Shown here piece by piece: positions 35,801 through 45,570 of a stretch of 64,000 bases of DNA (the stretch's first letter is position 1; every line of letters begins with the position of its first letter). The stretch lies in contig CALKWQ010000023.1 in the NCBI GenBank assembly GCA_938003925.1, positions 243,799-307,798 on the forward strand, read 5' to 3'. Source of the DNA: an uncultured bacterium (GTDB lineage Bacteria; Patescibacteriota; Patescibacteriia; Patescibacteriales; UBA12465). The position numbers and the translations under genes are program-made. The notes beneath the pieces are model-generated. The model was not told where the DNA came from and did no database searches. It worked only from the letters and a program-made list of their open reading frames with translations.

Positions 35801-36853
35801 ATGGGTTTATTTTCTTCAGCGGATGACAATTTGTTCCTCGGTATTGATATTGGTGATTCTTCTCTGAAGATGGTGGAGTTAAGGAAGAAGAGCAAAAAAA
35901 TCTATCTTTCCAATTACGCTTTTAGTGAAAACGTGAGCGGGGTTAATTTTACCAAAATTGACGATATTAATTATCTGGCTCAAGCGATTCTGAAAGTGAA
36001 GGCTGAAGCTGGTATCAAGGCTCGTCGTGTGACTGCCTCTTTGCCGACTTTTTCAGTATTTTCCTCCATTATTAACTTGCCCTCGGTGGACAAGAAGAAT
36101 ATGGACTTAGCCGTCGCTGAAGAGGCTAAGAAGGTTATTCCGTTGCCGGTGGAGGAAATGATTCTGGACTGGAAACTTGTTCCAGGTGATGTTAAAGCTG
36201 ATAATAAGGAGGGGGTGCGTGTGTTTCTAACCGGTTCACCTAAAAAGTTAGTACGGCGTTATATTGAGATTTTTCGCCTAGCTAAATTAGAATTAGCTAG
36301 CTTAGAGACCGAAACCTTTTCTTTGGTGCGCGGCTTGATGGGCAATGATCCTTCTACCGTCATGATTGTTGAGATTGGCGCTAACAGTACCGATTTATCC
36401 ATTGTGCAGGAGAGCATTCCCGTATTGAATCGTAGCCTAGAAATATGTGGCGGTACCGTTACGGCAGCTCTAGCTGAAAAATTGGGCTTAAGTTTTGCTC
36501 AGGCCGAACAATTTAAATTTGATCTCAGCGCATCTTTATCCGACGCTTCCAAAGAAGAGCTGCCACAATTGATTGTCAAAACTTTAGCTCCGGTAATTCA
36601 CGAGATTGAATATATGCGGGAATTTTTCCAGAGCAATGCTGGGGGCAAGAAGATTGAAAAAATTATTCTATCTGGCGGCGGAGCTTTGTTAATGAATTTA
36701 GCTGATTACATCTCGCATCACCTTAATTTACAAGTTATTATCGGCGATCCTTTTAGCCGTATTGCCTATCCTGCGGAAATGAAGCCTATTATTGCCGAGG
36801 TTGGACCTAAGTTGGCGGTAGCGGCTGGCTTAGCGCTGCGTGAGATTTCTTAA
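35801..36853 (+). CDS. pilM: type IV pilus assembly protein PilM (actin-like ATPase fold)
   Basis: GIDIGDSSLKMVEL phosphate-1 motif, 350 aa, and a C-terminal SGGGA motif. PilN/PilO-like genes follow. Confidence 0.85.
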   Translation: MGLFSSADDNLFLGIDIGDSSLKMVELRKKSKKIYLSNYAFSENVSGVNFTKIDDINYLAQAILKVKAEAGIKARRVTASLPTFSVFSSIINLPSVDKKNMDLAVAEEAKKVIPLPVEEMILDWKLVPGDVKADNKEGVRVFLTGSPKKLVRRYIEIFRLAKLELASLETETFSLVRGLMGNDPSTVMIVEIGANSTDLSIVQESIPVLNRSLEICGGTVTAALAEKLGLSFAQAEQFKFDLSASLSDASKEELPQLIVKTLAPVIHEIEYMREFFQSNAGGKKIEKIILSGGGALLMNLADYISHHLNLQVIIGDPFSRIAYPAEMKPIIAEVGPKLAVAAGLALREIS

Positions 36854-36864
36854 TTTCTACTGAT

Positions 36865-37518
36865 GTGCTTAATTTTAAGGCCAAACTAAATAATTCTACC
36901 CTCAAAAGTCGCGCTGACTCCAGCCAGAACCCTAAGGTGTTGGAGGTCAACTTGATTAAGAATGAGATGAGGGTGGATTTTGATGTGCGTAAGCACCTGG
37001 GCACGCTGTTATTTTCTTTGGCAGTGACGGCTTTGTTCGTGGCAGAAATATATTTTGGCCTTAATTGGTGGTCGGCTTATGAAAATGAGCGCGTTTTGGC
37101 AACTGAAGCTAAATTCAATCAGGTCTCTAAAGAAATCAAAGACATGAAGAGCGAGTCTGATCAAATCCTAGCCTTCAAGCAAAGAGTTGATTTAGCTGAT
37201 TCTTTATTGGCTAATCACATTTATTGGACCAATTTTTTCGCCTGGTTGGAAAAAAATACTCTTAGCACCGTTAACTACAATGGTTTTTCCGGCAAGATAG
37301 ATGGTAATTACGACTTGCAAGCTTCGGCCGACACTTTCCGCGATATCAGCTGGCAAACCAGAGCCTTATTAGCTGATCCTTCAGTTCTGTCGGTTAAGGT
37401 AGATAGCGGGAGTTCTCAATTAGCTGGCGATGCCGCTCAGGATAATCCCGACGGTAGTATTAGTTTTAGCGTTAACCTCAAGATTAATCCCCAATTATTT
37501 AAGGCCAATAACCAATAA
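36865..37518 (+). CDS. pilN: PilN-like bitopic pilus alignment protein
   Basis: N-terminal VNLIK (compare the PilN INLLP PilM-binding motif), one TM helix, a coiled coil and a ferredoxin-like tail. GTG start. Confidence 0.55.
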   Translation: MLNFKAKLNNSTLKSRADSSQNPKVLEVNLIKNEMRVDFDVRKHLGTLLFSLAVTALFVAEIYFGLNWWSAYENERVLATEAKFNQVSKEIKDMKSESDQILAFKQRVDLADSLLANHIYWTNFFAWLEKNTLSTVNYNGFSGKIDGNYDLQASADTFRDISWQTRALLADPSVLSVKVDSGSSQLAGDAAQDNPDGSISFSVNLKINPQLFKANNQ

Positions 37519-37526
37519 GCATTTTT

Positions 37527-38153
37527 ATGCCCGTAGCTGCACCTGTAAAAAACTCCAGAAACGATCTTAACTCTTTTTTGAACGCCAATTTTAATTTGGT
37601 AATTGTGTTTTTGGTGATTATTGTATTAGTGGCCTCTTATTTCTTTCTAATTAAGCCTAAGTTTGAACTCACTTTGGTGGCTATTCGTGATAATACGGCT
37701 CAGCAGGAACAATTTTATCAAAATCAACGCCAGAAGCTAGCTGATTTACAAGCAGCCGCCAACTTATACCGCCAAGTCAGTGAAGCGGATATTAAGAAGG
37801 TTAATACTATTTTGCCTAATGAATACGCGAAAGAGAGATTGTTTGGTGAACTTGAGGACGTATTGCTGCAACAAGGTTTGATTTTAAACAACATTAAATT
37901 AACTAAGTCCGGTGAAGATGTTGGTGGCGAGCCTATGGCGGCCAAAGATGGGCGCGTTTTAGATATCCCTAACGCTGATAGAGTGGGCACTATTAGAGCC
38001 GAAGTGTCTTTATCGTCGACGGATTACGCCGCTTTACGCAATCTACTGCCAGTTCTAGAAAATCACTTACAGCTGATAGATATCCAGTCGCTAGATTTTA
38101 GCGCCGCTGCTAAGACGGTTAATTTAGTGTTTTTAACCTATTATTTTAAATAA
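37527..38153 (+). CDS. pilO: PilO-like bitopic pilus alignment protein
   Basis: One TM helix, a long coiled coil and a C-terminal alpha/beta domain. Called from its position after pilM-pilN. Confidence 0.5.
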   Translation: MPVAAPVKNSRNDLNSFLNANFNLVIVFLVIIVLVASYFFLIKPKFELTLVAIRDNTAQQEQFYQNQRQKLADLQAAANLYRQVSEADIKKVNTILPNEYAKERLFGELEDVLLQQGLILNNIKLTKSGEDVGGEPMAAKDGRVLDIPNADRVGTIRAEVSLSSTDYAALRNLLPVLENHLQLIDIQSLDFSAAAKTVNLVFLTYYFK

Positions 38154-38158
38154 TCCCT

Positions 38159-38539
38159 ATGTCATCTCGCCGTAACGCCAGCATCTACATACTCGTCGGA
38201 CTTTTGCTGATTGTCGGCATTTTGATTTTTGCTTTTAAGGACCGTTTATTGTCTTATGTCAGTGTTCGCGTTTTTGGCGAGGCGCCAACGGGGGTGGAGG
38301 CGCCACTGAAAGCCTCGGCAGCTAGCGTCATTAATTTGCAGATTTTAGACAACAACCGTTTTCGTCAGCTAGAAAATAAGGTGCTTTATTTTGACTTTAA
38401 TACGGTGGGCAAACCGGTGGTCAATCCTGACTATAGCGGCAAAATTCCCGCTCCTTCTTGGCAGCCAGTTTATTTAGGTAATGCTAATCCTTTTTTAGTT
38501 CCAGTTAAGGCGGCGCCAGACTCCGAAGAGGTAAAATAA
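38159..38539 (+). CDS. small membrane-anchored pilus-locus protein (126 aa)
   Basis: N-terminal TM helix. Located between the pilO-like gene and pilB. Confidence 0.45.
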   Translation: MSSRRNASIYILVGLLLIVGILIFAFKDRLLSYVSVRVFGEAPTGVEAPLKASAASVINLQILDNNRFRQLENKVLYFDFNTVGKPVVNPDYSGKIPAPSWQPVYLGNANPFLVPVKAAPDSEEVK

Positions 38540-38544
38540 TAATT

Positions 38545-40302
38545 ATGGATCAACAAGACCAATTACTGCGCATTTTGCAGGAAAAACAATGGCTGAGCGC
38601 AGAGCAGGCCGCAGATATTAAAAATCAAGCTTTGGCCGCTAAGATGGAGCTGCCAAGTTTTTTATTATCCAAAAAATTGGTGACCGAAGAGCAGTTGGCT
38701 GAGGCTAAGGCCGCTGTTTACAATCTACCTTATTACATCCATACCGACGAGCCGGTCAGTGAAGACGCTTTAAATTTTTTACCCGAAGAAATCGCCCGTA
38801 CTTATAACATGGTTTGTTTCTCACGGGAAAATAAGGCTATCAAAATCGGGATGGTGGAGCCGAATTTGAAAGCCATGGAGGCTGTGAATTTTTTAGCCTT
38901 GGATGAGAAATTGACGGTGCAGTATTATTTGCTCTCGGCCGCTAGCTGGCAGAAAGTTTTTAAACAATATCAAAAAATTGAAGAAGAAATTTCCAGCGCT
39001 TTGGAAGTTAAGGCTAAAGAAGAGAGTGATGATGTTGTTTCCGTAAAAGCTGAAGATTCTTCCATGGTGGATGACGAAGATATCAATAGCGCGCCGGTAT
39101 CGCGCATTGTGTCCGTGGTCATTCGCCATGCCGTCGAAGCTCGAGCCAGTGATATTCATATTGAGCCTTTTGATAAAGAGAGTCGGGTGCGCTATCGCAT
39201 CGACGGTATTTTACATACTTCCTTGACCTTGCCCAAGAGTATTCATAACGCTATTATCGCTCGTGTGAAGGTTATGGCCAAATTGAAGTTGGACGAAACT
39301 CGCATTCCTCAAGACGGCCGTATTCGTTTGCTGGTGAGCGGTCGGGCGGTGGACTTCCGTATCTCCACCTTACCTTTAGCTAGTCAAGAAAAAGTGGTAA
39401 TGCGTATTTTAGATACTGCCAAAGGCGCACCGTCTTTAAATGATCTAGGTTTTAATTCCAATTCTTTGCGGGTGATTAATAATGCGGCCCTAAAAACGAG
39501 CGGTATCATCTTGGTTACCGGTCCGACCGGTTCTGGTAAAACCACCACCCTCTATTCCTTATTGAATATTTTAAATCAAGAGGGTGTCAATATCTCTACT
39601 TTAGAAGATCCGATTGAGTATGAAATGAAAGGCATTAATCAGTCCCAGGTTCGTCCTAAGGTCGGTTTTACTTTTGCCAGCGGCTTGCGTTCACTGTTGC
39701 GTCAGGATCCAAATATTATCATGGTCGGAGAAATTCGTGATGAAGAAACAGCAGAGTTGTCTATCCACGCTTCTTTGACCGGACACTTAGTGGTTTCCAC
39801 TTTGCATACTAACGACGCTCTGGGAGCAGTGTTCCGTTTGTTGGACATGAAGATTGAGCGTTTTTTACTCGCGTCTACCCTTAAAACAGTGGTGGCTCAA
39901 CGTTTAGCTCGGCGTTTGTGTGACAAGTGTAAAAAAGAAGTAGTTTTACCACCGGCTGAACTAGCTGCTTTGTCTGCCGATATTAAAGACGTGCCAGCCA
40001 GTATTTTGCAAGAAGAATTGCCGGGTTTGACTGATACTAATAACTTGAGTGCTTATAAATTTTATCAACCAGTCGGTTGCAGTCATTGTGAAAACACCGG
40101 TTTCACTGGTCGCGTCGCTGTTTCTGAAGTTATTGACATCAACGAACAGTTGAAAGAGATGATTAATCAGGGTGATAAGAATTTTAATCTTGACGCCGTG
40201 AAGAAGAGCCAAGACTTTATTTCTATCAAACAAGACGGAGCGATTAAAGTTTTGAAGGGAATAACGACTATTGAAGAAGTTTTGCGCGTCATTGAAAGTT
40301 AA
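38545..40302 (+). CDS. pilB: type IV pilus assembly ATPase PilB (GspE family)
   Basis: Walker A GPTGSGKTTT, Asp box, Walker B IIMVGEIRD, His box TGHLVVSTLHTN and a tetracysteine motif (CDKC...CSHC). Confidence 0.95.
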   Translation: MDQQDQLLRILQEKQWLSAEQAADIKNQALAAKMELPSFLLSKKLVTEEQLAEAKAAVYNLPYYIHTDEPVSEDALNFLPEEIARTYNMVCFSRENKAIKIGMVEPNLKAMEAVNFLALDEKLTVQYYLLSAASWQKVFKQYQKIEEEISSALEVKAKEESDDVVSVKAEDSSMVDDEDINSAPVSRIVSVVIRHAVEARASDIHIEPFDKESRVRYRIDGILHTSLTLPKSIHNAIIARVKVMAKLKLDETRIPQDGRIRLLVSGRAVDFRISTLPLASQEKVVMRILDTAKGAPSLNDLGFNSNSLRVINNAALKTSGIILVTGPTGSGKTTTLYSLLNILNQEGVNISTLEDPIEYEMKGINQSQVRPKVGFTFASGLRSLLRQDPNIIMVGEIRDEETAELSIHASLTGHLVVSTLHTNDALGAVFRLLDMKIERFLLASTLKTVVAQRLARRLCDKCKKEVVLPPAELAALSADIKDVPASILQEELPGLTDTNNLSAYKFYQPVGCSHCENTGFTGRVAVSEVIDINEQLKEMINQGDKNFNLDAVKKSQDFISIKQDGAIKVLKGITTIEEVLRVIES

Positions 40303-40307
40303 AATGT

Positions 40308-41516
40308 ATGCCAATTTTTAAATATAAGGCCAAGAATAACACGACTGGTCGTTTAAAGTCAGAGATGACGGTCGGGGTCAACGAAAATGATGTGGCCGCT
40401 CGCTTGCGCCGGCGTGATTTTAGTATTATCTCTTTGACCGAGGCTAGCAGTAGTTGGGAGGCTAAAATTCACTTGTTTTTAAACCCCATTAGCGTGAAGG
40501 ATTTAGTGATCTTTTCACGCCAATTTTCCGTGATGATTGCCGCTAATGTTCCGGTAGTGGAATCCTTATTGATTTTAATCGATCAGACCGATAATTTTTC
40601 CTTAAAAAACATGATTGCTGATATCGCCTTTGAAGTCGATAGCGGCTCCTTATTATCCGATGCCTTTGCCAGGCGTCCCAAAATATTCTCTGAATTCTTT
40701 GTAAATATCATTAAAAGCGGTGAAACTTCAGGTAAGTTAGACGAAGTGCTGACCTATTTAGCTGATGAAACTGAGAAGAGTTACGACATGGCAGCTAAAA
40801 TCAAGGGCGCTATGATTTATCCGGTTTTTATTTTGGTCGGCTTGACTGGGGTGGGTGTGGTGTTAATGGTTTACATCATTCCTAATTTAACCGCCATGCT
40901 GACGGAGTCTGGTATGGAGCTGCCCATTTCTACCCGCGTGATTATTGCGATATCTAATTTCATGAAAGATTATTTGATTCTGTTGGGATTTATCGTCGCC
41001 GGCTTGGTATTTGGCGCCCGTTATTATTTGAAAACAACGTTAGGTCGTTATCAGTTAGATAAAGTAAAATTAAAGATGCCTATTTTTGGGAAACTATTTA
41101 AATATATCTATTTGATGCGTTTTACGCGATCTCTGTCCACTTTGCTTAAAGGTGGAGTGACCATTACCCGCGGCTTAGAGATTACCTCTAATGTGGTCGG
41201 TAATGTGGTGTATAGAGATTTGTTGCTGGAGACTTTAAGTTCAATTAATGATGGCAATCCTTTATCTACAGTGCTGGAAGCCAGTACGGATGTACCTAAA
41301 ATGGTGCCGCAGATGATCAGCGTCGGTGAACGCACTGGTCGCTTGGATTCAGTTTTAGACAAAATTACTGACTTTTATGGCCGAGAAGTGAGCGCGATGC
41401 TAGCCAATATGAGCGCTTTGATGGAGCCATTAATCATGGTCGTGATGGGTGTCGGCGTGGGTATCATGGTAGCAGCCGTCTTAATGCCGATGTATAATAT
41501 GGCCAGTCAGTTTTAA
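40308..41516 (+). CDS. pilC: type IV pilus platform protein PilC (GspF family)
   Basis: Duplicated T2SF domain, three TM helices, GE.SG.L and GERTG.L motifs. 402 aa. Confidence 0.9.
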   Translation: MPIFKYKAKNNTTGRLKSEMTVGVNENDVAARLRRRDFSIISLTEASSSWEAKIHLFLNPISVKDLVIFSRQFSVMIAANVPVVESLLILIDQTDNFSLKNMIADIAFEVDSGSLLSDAFARRPKIFSEFFVNIIKSGETSGKLDEVLTYLADETEKSYDMAAKIKGAMIYPVFILVGLTGVGVVLMVYIIPNLTAMLTESGMELPISTRVIIAISNFMKDYLILLGFIVAGLVFGARYYLKTTLGRYQLDKVKLKMPIFGKLFKYIYLMRFTRSLSTLLKGGVTITRGLEITSNVVGNVVYRDLLLETLSSINDGNPLSTVLEASTDVPKMVPQMISVGERTGRLDSVLDKITDFYGREVSAMLANMSALMEPLIMVVMGVGVGIMVAAVLMPMYNMASQF

Positions 41517-41645
41517 TTAGGTTTAGCTCTTGTTGTTAAATTTTATTATTGCTATAATTTAATTATCTTATATCTTTATTTGCGCTTGCGCCCTTACCAC
41601 CGGTATTAAGGGTGTAAATGGAAATTTTTGAAAGGGGGTGAATCT

Positions 41646-42086
41646 ATGAATAAAAATAACAAAGGTTTTACTTTAATTGAGCTCTTAGTGGTTATTGCCA
41701 TTATCGGTCTTTTATCCACGCTCTCAGTTTTAGCTTTAAACAGCGCCAGAGCTCGCTCTCGTGATGCTAAGCGTATTTCCGACATTAAACAGATTCAGAC
41801 CGCTTTAGAAATGTATTACAACGAAGCTGGTTATTATCCGGCTGACGGTGCAGTGGACGCTGGTGATACCATTTCTACTGGTACCAATGTTTACATGAAG
41901 GTTGTCCCCACTGCCCCTATTCCAGTTGATGGCAGCTGTTCCGCAGCTCAAAATACTTATACTTATGACTACCTCGGATCAGGTACTGAAGCTTCCGGTT
42001 CCTACACCTTGACCTACTGTCTGGGTGCCGCCACTGGTGGTGTACCTGCCGGTGTCAACACCGCTACTCCGTCCGGTATTAGATAA
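41646..42086 (+). CDS. major type IV pilin candidate, copy 1
   Basis: AAGGGGG Shine-Dalgarno sequence, then MNKNNKG|FTLIELLVVIAIIGLLSTLSVLALNSARARSRDAKR. The listed TTG start at 41628 is less likely. Confidence 0.85.
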   Translation: MNKNNKGFTLIELLVVIAIIGLLSTLSVLALNSARARSRDAKRISDIKQIQTALEMYYNEAGYYPADGAVDAGDTISTGTNVYMKVVPTAPIPVDGSCSAAQNTYTYDYLGSGTEASGSYTLTYCLGAATGGVPAGVNTATPSGIR

Positions 42087-42100
42087 TTAGTGATTAAACA

Positions 42101-42136
42101 AAAACCTCCTCCTATTTTTGGGGGAGGTTTTTTGTT
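42101..42136 (+). terminator. rho-independent terminator after pilin copy 1
   Basis: Stem aacctcc / ggaggtt followed by T6. Confidence 0.7.
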
Positions 42137-42205
42137 TGCGGTGGTTTTTGTTTTATGCTATATTAATAATAATTAGTTGATTACTTATTTTTTTAAAATA
42201 ATTCT

Positions 42206-42640
42206 ATGCGCAAGCAAGGTTTTACTTTAATTGAGCTCTTAGTGGTTATTGCCATTATCGGTCTTTTATCCACACTCTCAGTTTTAGCTTTAAACAGCGC
42301 CAGAGCTCGCTCTCGTGACGCTAAACGTGTGTCTGATATTAAGCAGATTCAGACCGCTTTAGAAATGTACTACAACGAAGCTGGTTATTATCCAGCTGAC
42401 GGTGCAGTAGACGCTGGTGATACCATTTCTACTGGCACCAATGTTTACATGAAGGTTGTCCCCACCGCCCCTATTCCAGTTGATGGCGGCTGTTCCGCGG
42501 CTCAAAATACTTATACTTATGACTACATCGGTACTGGTGGCGCCGCTGCCGGTTCCTACACCTTGACCTACTGTCTGGGTGCCGCCACTGGTGGTGTACC
42601 TGCCGGTGTCAACACCGCTACTCCTTCTGGTATTAGATAA
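42206..42640 (+). CDS. major type IV pilin candidate, copy 2
   Basis: MRKQG|FTLIELLVV... The mature part is nearly identical to copy 1. Confidence 0.85.
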   Translation: MRKQGFTLIELLVVIAIIGLLSTLSVLALNSARARSRDAKRVSDIKQIQTALEMYYNEAGYYPADGAVDAGDTISTGTNVYMKVVPTAPIPVDGGCSAAQNTYTYDYIGTGGAAAGSYTLTYCLGAATGGVPAGVNTATPSGIR

Positions 42641-42655
42641 TTAGTGATTAAACTC

Positions 42656-42690
42656 AAACCTCCCCCTATCTTTGGGGGAGGTTTTTTGTT
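42656..42690 (+). terminator. rho-independent terminator after pilin copy 2
   Basis: Same hairpin as 42101-42136: aacctcc / ggaggtt plus T6. Confidence 0.7.
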
Positions 42691-42716
42691 TGGGTGCTTA
42701 TGCTATACTTAGTAAT

Positions 42717-43709
42717 ATGAATTTAGAGTTAGTGGACAACATTACCAGCGAGGAATGGGAAGAGGCCTTATCCTTTCTGCCAGATGGCGGCGAATTATTG
42801 CAATCTATTTTTTGGCAACGTTTAGCAGAGACTGAACATAAAATTTGCCATCGTTGGGCTTGGCGTTTAGATGGTCAACTTGTAGCTCTGGCTCAGGTTT
42901 TAGAAACTACCCGAGCTGGCCTTAAGTTTTGGTATATACCGCGCGGACCGGTGTGTCTATCTTTTATAGACGGTTCTTCTATGTGGGTGAAATTAGAACA
43001 TGATTTGCGTCTGCTGGCGGCTAAGCATAGGGTGATAGCGTTGCATTTTGAACCACAAAATTGGCCTGCTAATTTAGGTGTAAGGAGTAGATTGACCAAG
43101 GCAATCCAGCCTGCAAAAAGTTTGTTGTTAGATTTGAGTTTTGACGCCGAGTCTTTGTTGTCAGGCATGCATCCTAAGACGCGCTATAACCTGCGTTTGG
43201 CGGAAAAGAAGGGGGTTACTATTGTTCGCGGCGAGGAAAAAGATTTAGTTGCTTTTATGGATTTAATGGATAAAACCACTGCTCGTGATGGTTTCCGCGG
43301 CCACAGTGCAGAACACTATCGTCAGCTCTTGTTACAGGGTAATCCAGCAGTGGAATTATATTTAGCTAAGCGGGAAGGGAAGGTATTGGCAGCTGGTATT
43401 TTTTCTTTTTATCAGGGTAGAGCTGTATATCTGCATGGCGCCTCCTCGGACTACGATCGTCAATATATGGCCCCGTATTTGTTGCAGTGGCATATAATCC
43501 AGTTGGCCCGGTCTCGTGCTTGCCGTTATTATGATTTTTACGGCATTGATGAACAAAAATGGCCAGGGGTAACCAGGTTTAAGCGTGGTTTTGGCGGGGA
43601 AGAGCGGGTTTATCCCGGTACTTTTCTCATGGTTATTAGTCCGCTCAAATATTATTTTTATCGCTATAGCGCCAGTTGCTTCAACTATTTGCGCTCTAAA
43701 TTTGTTTAA
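42717..43709 (+). CDS. FemAB-family peptidoglycan-bridge aminoacyltransferase
   Basis: FWQRLAE, WYIPRGP, KTRYNLRLAEKKGV, YLHGASS, APYLLQWHIIQLAR and YDFYGI...W.GVTRFKRGFGG. ATG 42717 lies 7 nt after a TGcTATACT element. The listed start at 42672 lies in the terminator. Confidence 0.8.
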   Translation: MNLELVDNITSEEWEEALSFLPDGGELLQSIFWQRLAETEHKICHRWAWRLDGQLVALAQVLETTRAGLKFWYIPRGPVCLSFIDGSSMWVKLEHDLRLLAAKHRVIALHFEPQNWPANLGVRSRLTKAIQPAKSLLLDLSFDAESLLSGMHPKTRYNLRLAEKKGVTIVRGEEKDLVAFMDLMDKTTARDGFRGHSAEHYRQLLLQGNPAVELYLAKREGKVLAAGIFSFYQGRAVYLHGASSDYDRQYMAPYLLQWHIIQLARSRACRYYDFYGIDEQKWPGVTRFKRGFGGEERVYPGTFLMVISPLKYYFYRYSASCFNYLRSKFV

Positions 43710-43717
43710 CTAACTTT

Positions 43718-44173
43718 ATGTTTACTGTAGAGATTATTAATTTAACTAAACAAAAGGCGCCCTTATCAACGCTTAGAGCCGCCACTCTTTTTGCGGCGAA
43801 ACGTTGGCGCTTGCGGGGCGAACTGTCGGTAGTATTGGCCGGTGATCGGCGCTTGCAATCTTTAAATCGGGATTTTCGACAGCTAGATAAGGTTACAGAC
43901 GTTTTGTCTTTTGCTGCGCCCATAGGAGCCGAAGGAGCTCTAGGTGAAATCTTCATTAATCTATCCGATTGTCGCCGGCCCTTTAAATACCGGGAAGTAT
44001 TGGCAGCGAGGCCGACTTTCAATTATCTTTTATTGTTTTTATTGCTCCACGGTTTGTTGCATTTAGCCGGTTATGACGATGTTTTGGAAGTAGATAGGCG
44101 TGCGATGGTAATAAAAGGTGAAAAGATGATGAAAGAGTTGATAAAAAATGGTATAATTAAAGAGAAGTTTTAG
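43718..44173 (+). CDS. ybeY: rRNA maturation endoribonuclease YbeY
   Basis: DVLSF and the metal-binding motif HGLLHLAGYDD. The last His of the canonical H..LHL.GYDH is Asp here. Confidence 0.85.
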   Translation: MFTVEIINLTKQKAPLSTLRAATLFAAKRWRLRGELSVVLAGDRRLQSLNRDFRQLDKVTDVLSFAAPIGAEGALGEIFINLSDCRRPFKYREVLAARPTFNYLLLFLLLHGLLHLAGYDDVLEVDRRAMVIKGEKMMKELIKNGIIKEKF

Positions 44174-44176
44174 ATT

Positions 44177-45556
44177 ATGATTCGCCGTCGTTGGTTATTG
44201 GTATTTTTATTAGTCTTAGCTGGTGCCATGCCGGCTTTTCGTCGTGATGCCCAGGCTTCGTTGAGTCATAATATCCGGGGTTTGGCGGATTCTTTATATG
44301 GTTATATTAGCTTTAATTGTCTGGATGATGATTTTGCCGGCCGTTTTCCTTTCATCTTTACTTTTCGTTTTAACGTTCCCGCCTGTTCTTTGTCCAACCA
44401 TGGTGTTAACCTCGGTTTAGATAACAAGTTTACCGGGCAGGCCTGGAATCCGACTTTAGGTTATATTGATATGGATCCGGCAGGGCCGCCGCCGGATAAT
44501 TATGCTTCTACCAATGCCCATTGCCAGAGTCCTTGCAACGCCAGTAATTGCCTGTCTTGCTATAATGAAATTGATCAACGAGTCTACGGTTGGGCACGTC
44601 AAGCGGTTACCGATGGCGAGTGGATTGAATTAAATAGCGCAATTAATCCACCTACCACGATGACTAATTATCTAGCCCCTAATCCTGGTATTTTTTCCGG
44701 CTATGCTTCCAGTTCTTTTGGTGCTATCAGTTTCAATTGCACTAATGACGGCAGTTGCGGCACTTTTGATTACAAGGTTTATTTGTGGAAGTTGGAATTG
44801 GAGGCAATGTCAGCGCCTAACTGGAGTTTTGCCGAAGCTTGTAGTGGTGGTGCCAGGAAGGCTGTGTTTAAATGGTCTCGTCGTGGCGGTACCCAGAGCG
44901 CTTATCGGGTAATCGTCAATACTGTTAATAGCACCTCTAGTCCAGTATTTGATTCGGGTAAAATTTATGGTGCGGCTTCGCAATTAGTTTGTCCCGGAGC
45001 TACTTGCGTTAACACTATAGATAGCTCAATTTTCACCCCAGCCTATAATACTACCTATTACTGGTGGCTACAGCTTTGGAATCTTGATGACGAGCCGACG
45101 GAATATTTTCAGTTTAATACCAATGTCTACGGCGCAGAGTCTTTGACTGATAATAAGCTTTATAATCAAACGGTAAATCCCGATGATAATTATCTGACTT
45201 TTACTACTTATCGCCACGAATTCCCGACGCCTTTTTTTACTTGGACTCCGTTTGAGCCTATAGTCAGCAGCAGCACCGAATTCATTAGCAACTCCGCCTA
45301 TTATTCCGGTGTGGGCCCGGGCACGTCTCAACCCTGTGTCGGTGGTAATTGCACTTTATTATGGACAGCTTCTGACCCGGTGGCTATTATCAGCAGTACT
45401 AATACGCCGACCACCAGCATCATCTTTGGTAATCGTCGCCCTCAGACGGTGTCGCTAACGATAACCGACCAAGATCAATATATTTGTTCTATGACTTCAC
45501 CTACTCTAACGATTAATTTTGAATTACCGATTTGGAAAGAGGTTAAGGCGCAATAA
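44177..45556 (+). CDS. secreted Cys-rich protein heading the minor-pilin gene run
   Basis: Signal peptide (…AMPAFRRDAQA). About 20 Cys. Repeated G(Y/A)ISFNC and YGWA motifs. The first minor pilin gene starts 15 nt after its stop. Confidence 0.55.
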   Translation: MIRRRWLLVFLLVLAGAMPAFRRDAQASLSHNIRGLADSLYGYISFNCLDDDFAGRFPFIFTFRFNVPACSLSNHGVNLGLDNKFTGQAWNPTLGYIDMDPAGPPPDNYASTNAHCQSPCNASNCLSCYNEIDQRVYGWARQAVTDGEWIELNSAINPPTTMTNYLAPNPGIFSGYASSSFGAISFNCTNDGSCGTFDYKVYLWKLELEAMSAPNWSFAEACSGGARKAVFKWSRRGGTQSAYRVIVNTVNSTSSPVFDSGKIYGAASQLVCPGATCVNTIDSSIFTPAYNTTYYWWLQLWNLDDEPTEYFQFNTNVYGAESLTDNKLYNQTVNPDDNYLTFTTYRHEFPTPFFTWTPFEPIVSSSTEFISNSAYYSGVGPGTSQPCVGGNCTLLWTASDPVAIISSTNTPTTSIIFGNRRPQTVSLTITDQDQYICSMTSPTLTINFELPIWKEVKAQ

Positions 45557-45570
45557 TAATTTGTTTCTAC

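Larger units (their letters stand above)
41662..42692 (+). repeat. tandem duplication of a 477-bp pilin-plus-terminator unit
   Basis: 41662-42138 and 42216-42692 align end to end without gaps. They differ only by scattered substitutions, clustered in codons for DGS/DGG and DYLGSGTEASG/DYIGTGGAAAG. Confidence 0.9.

Noticed and set aside
42672-42716. TTG start of the FemAB-like ORF
   Set aside because: It lies inside the pilin terminator hairpin and T-run, upstream of the TGcTATACT promoter element. ATG 42717 was preferred.
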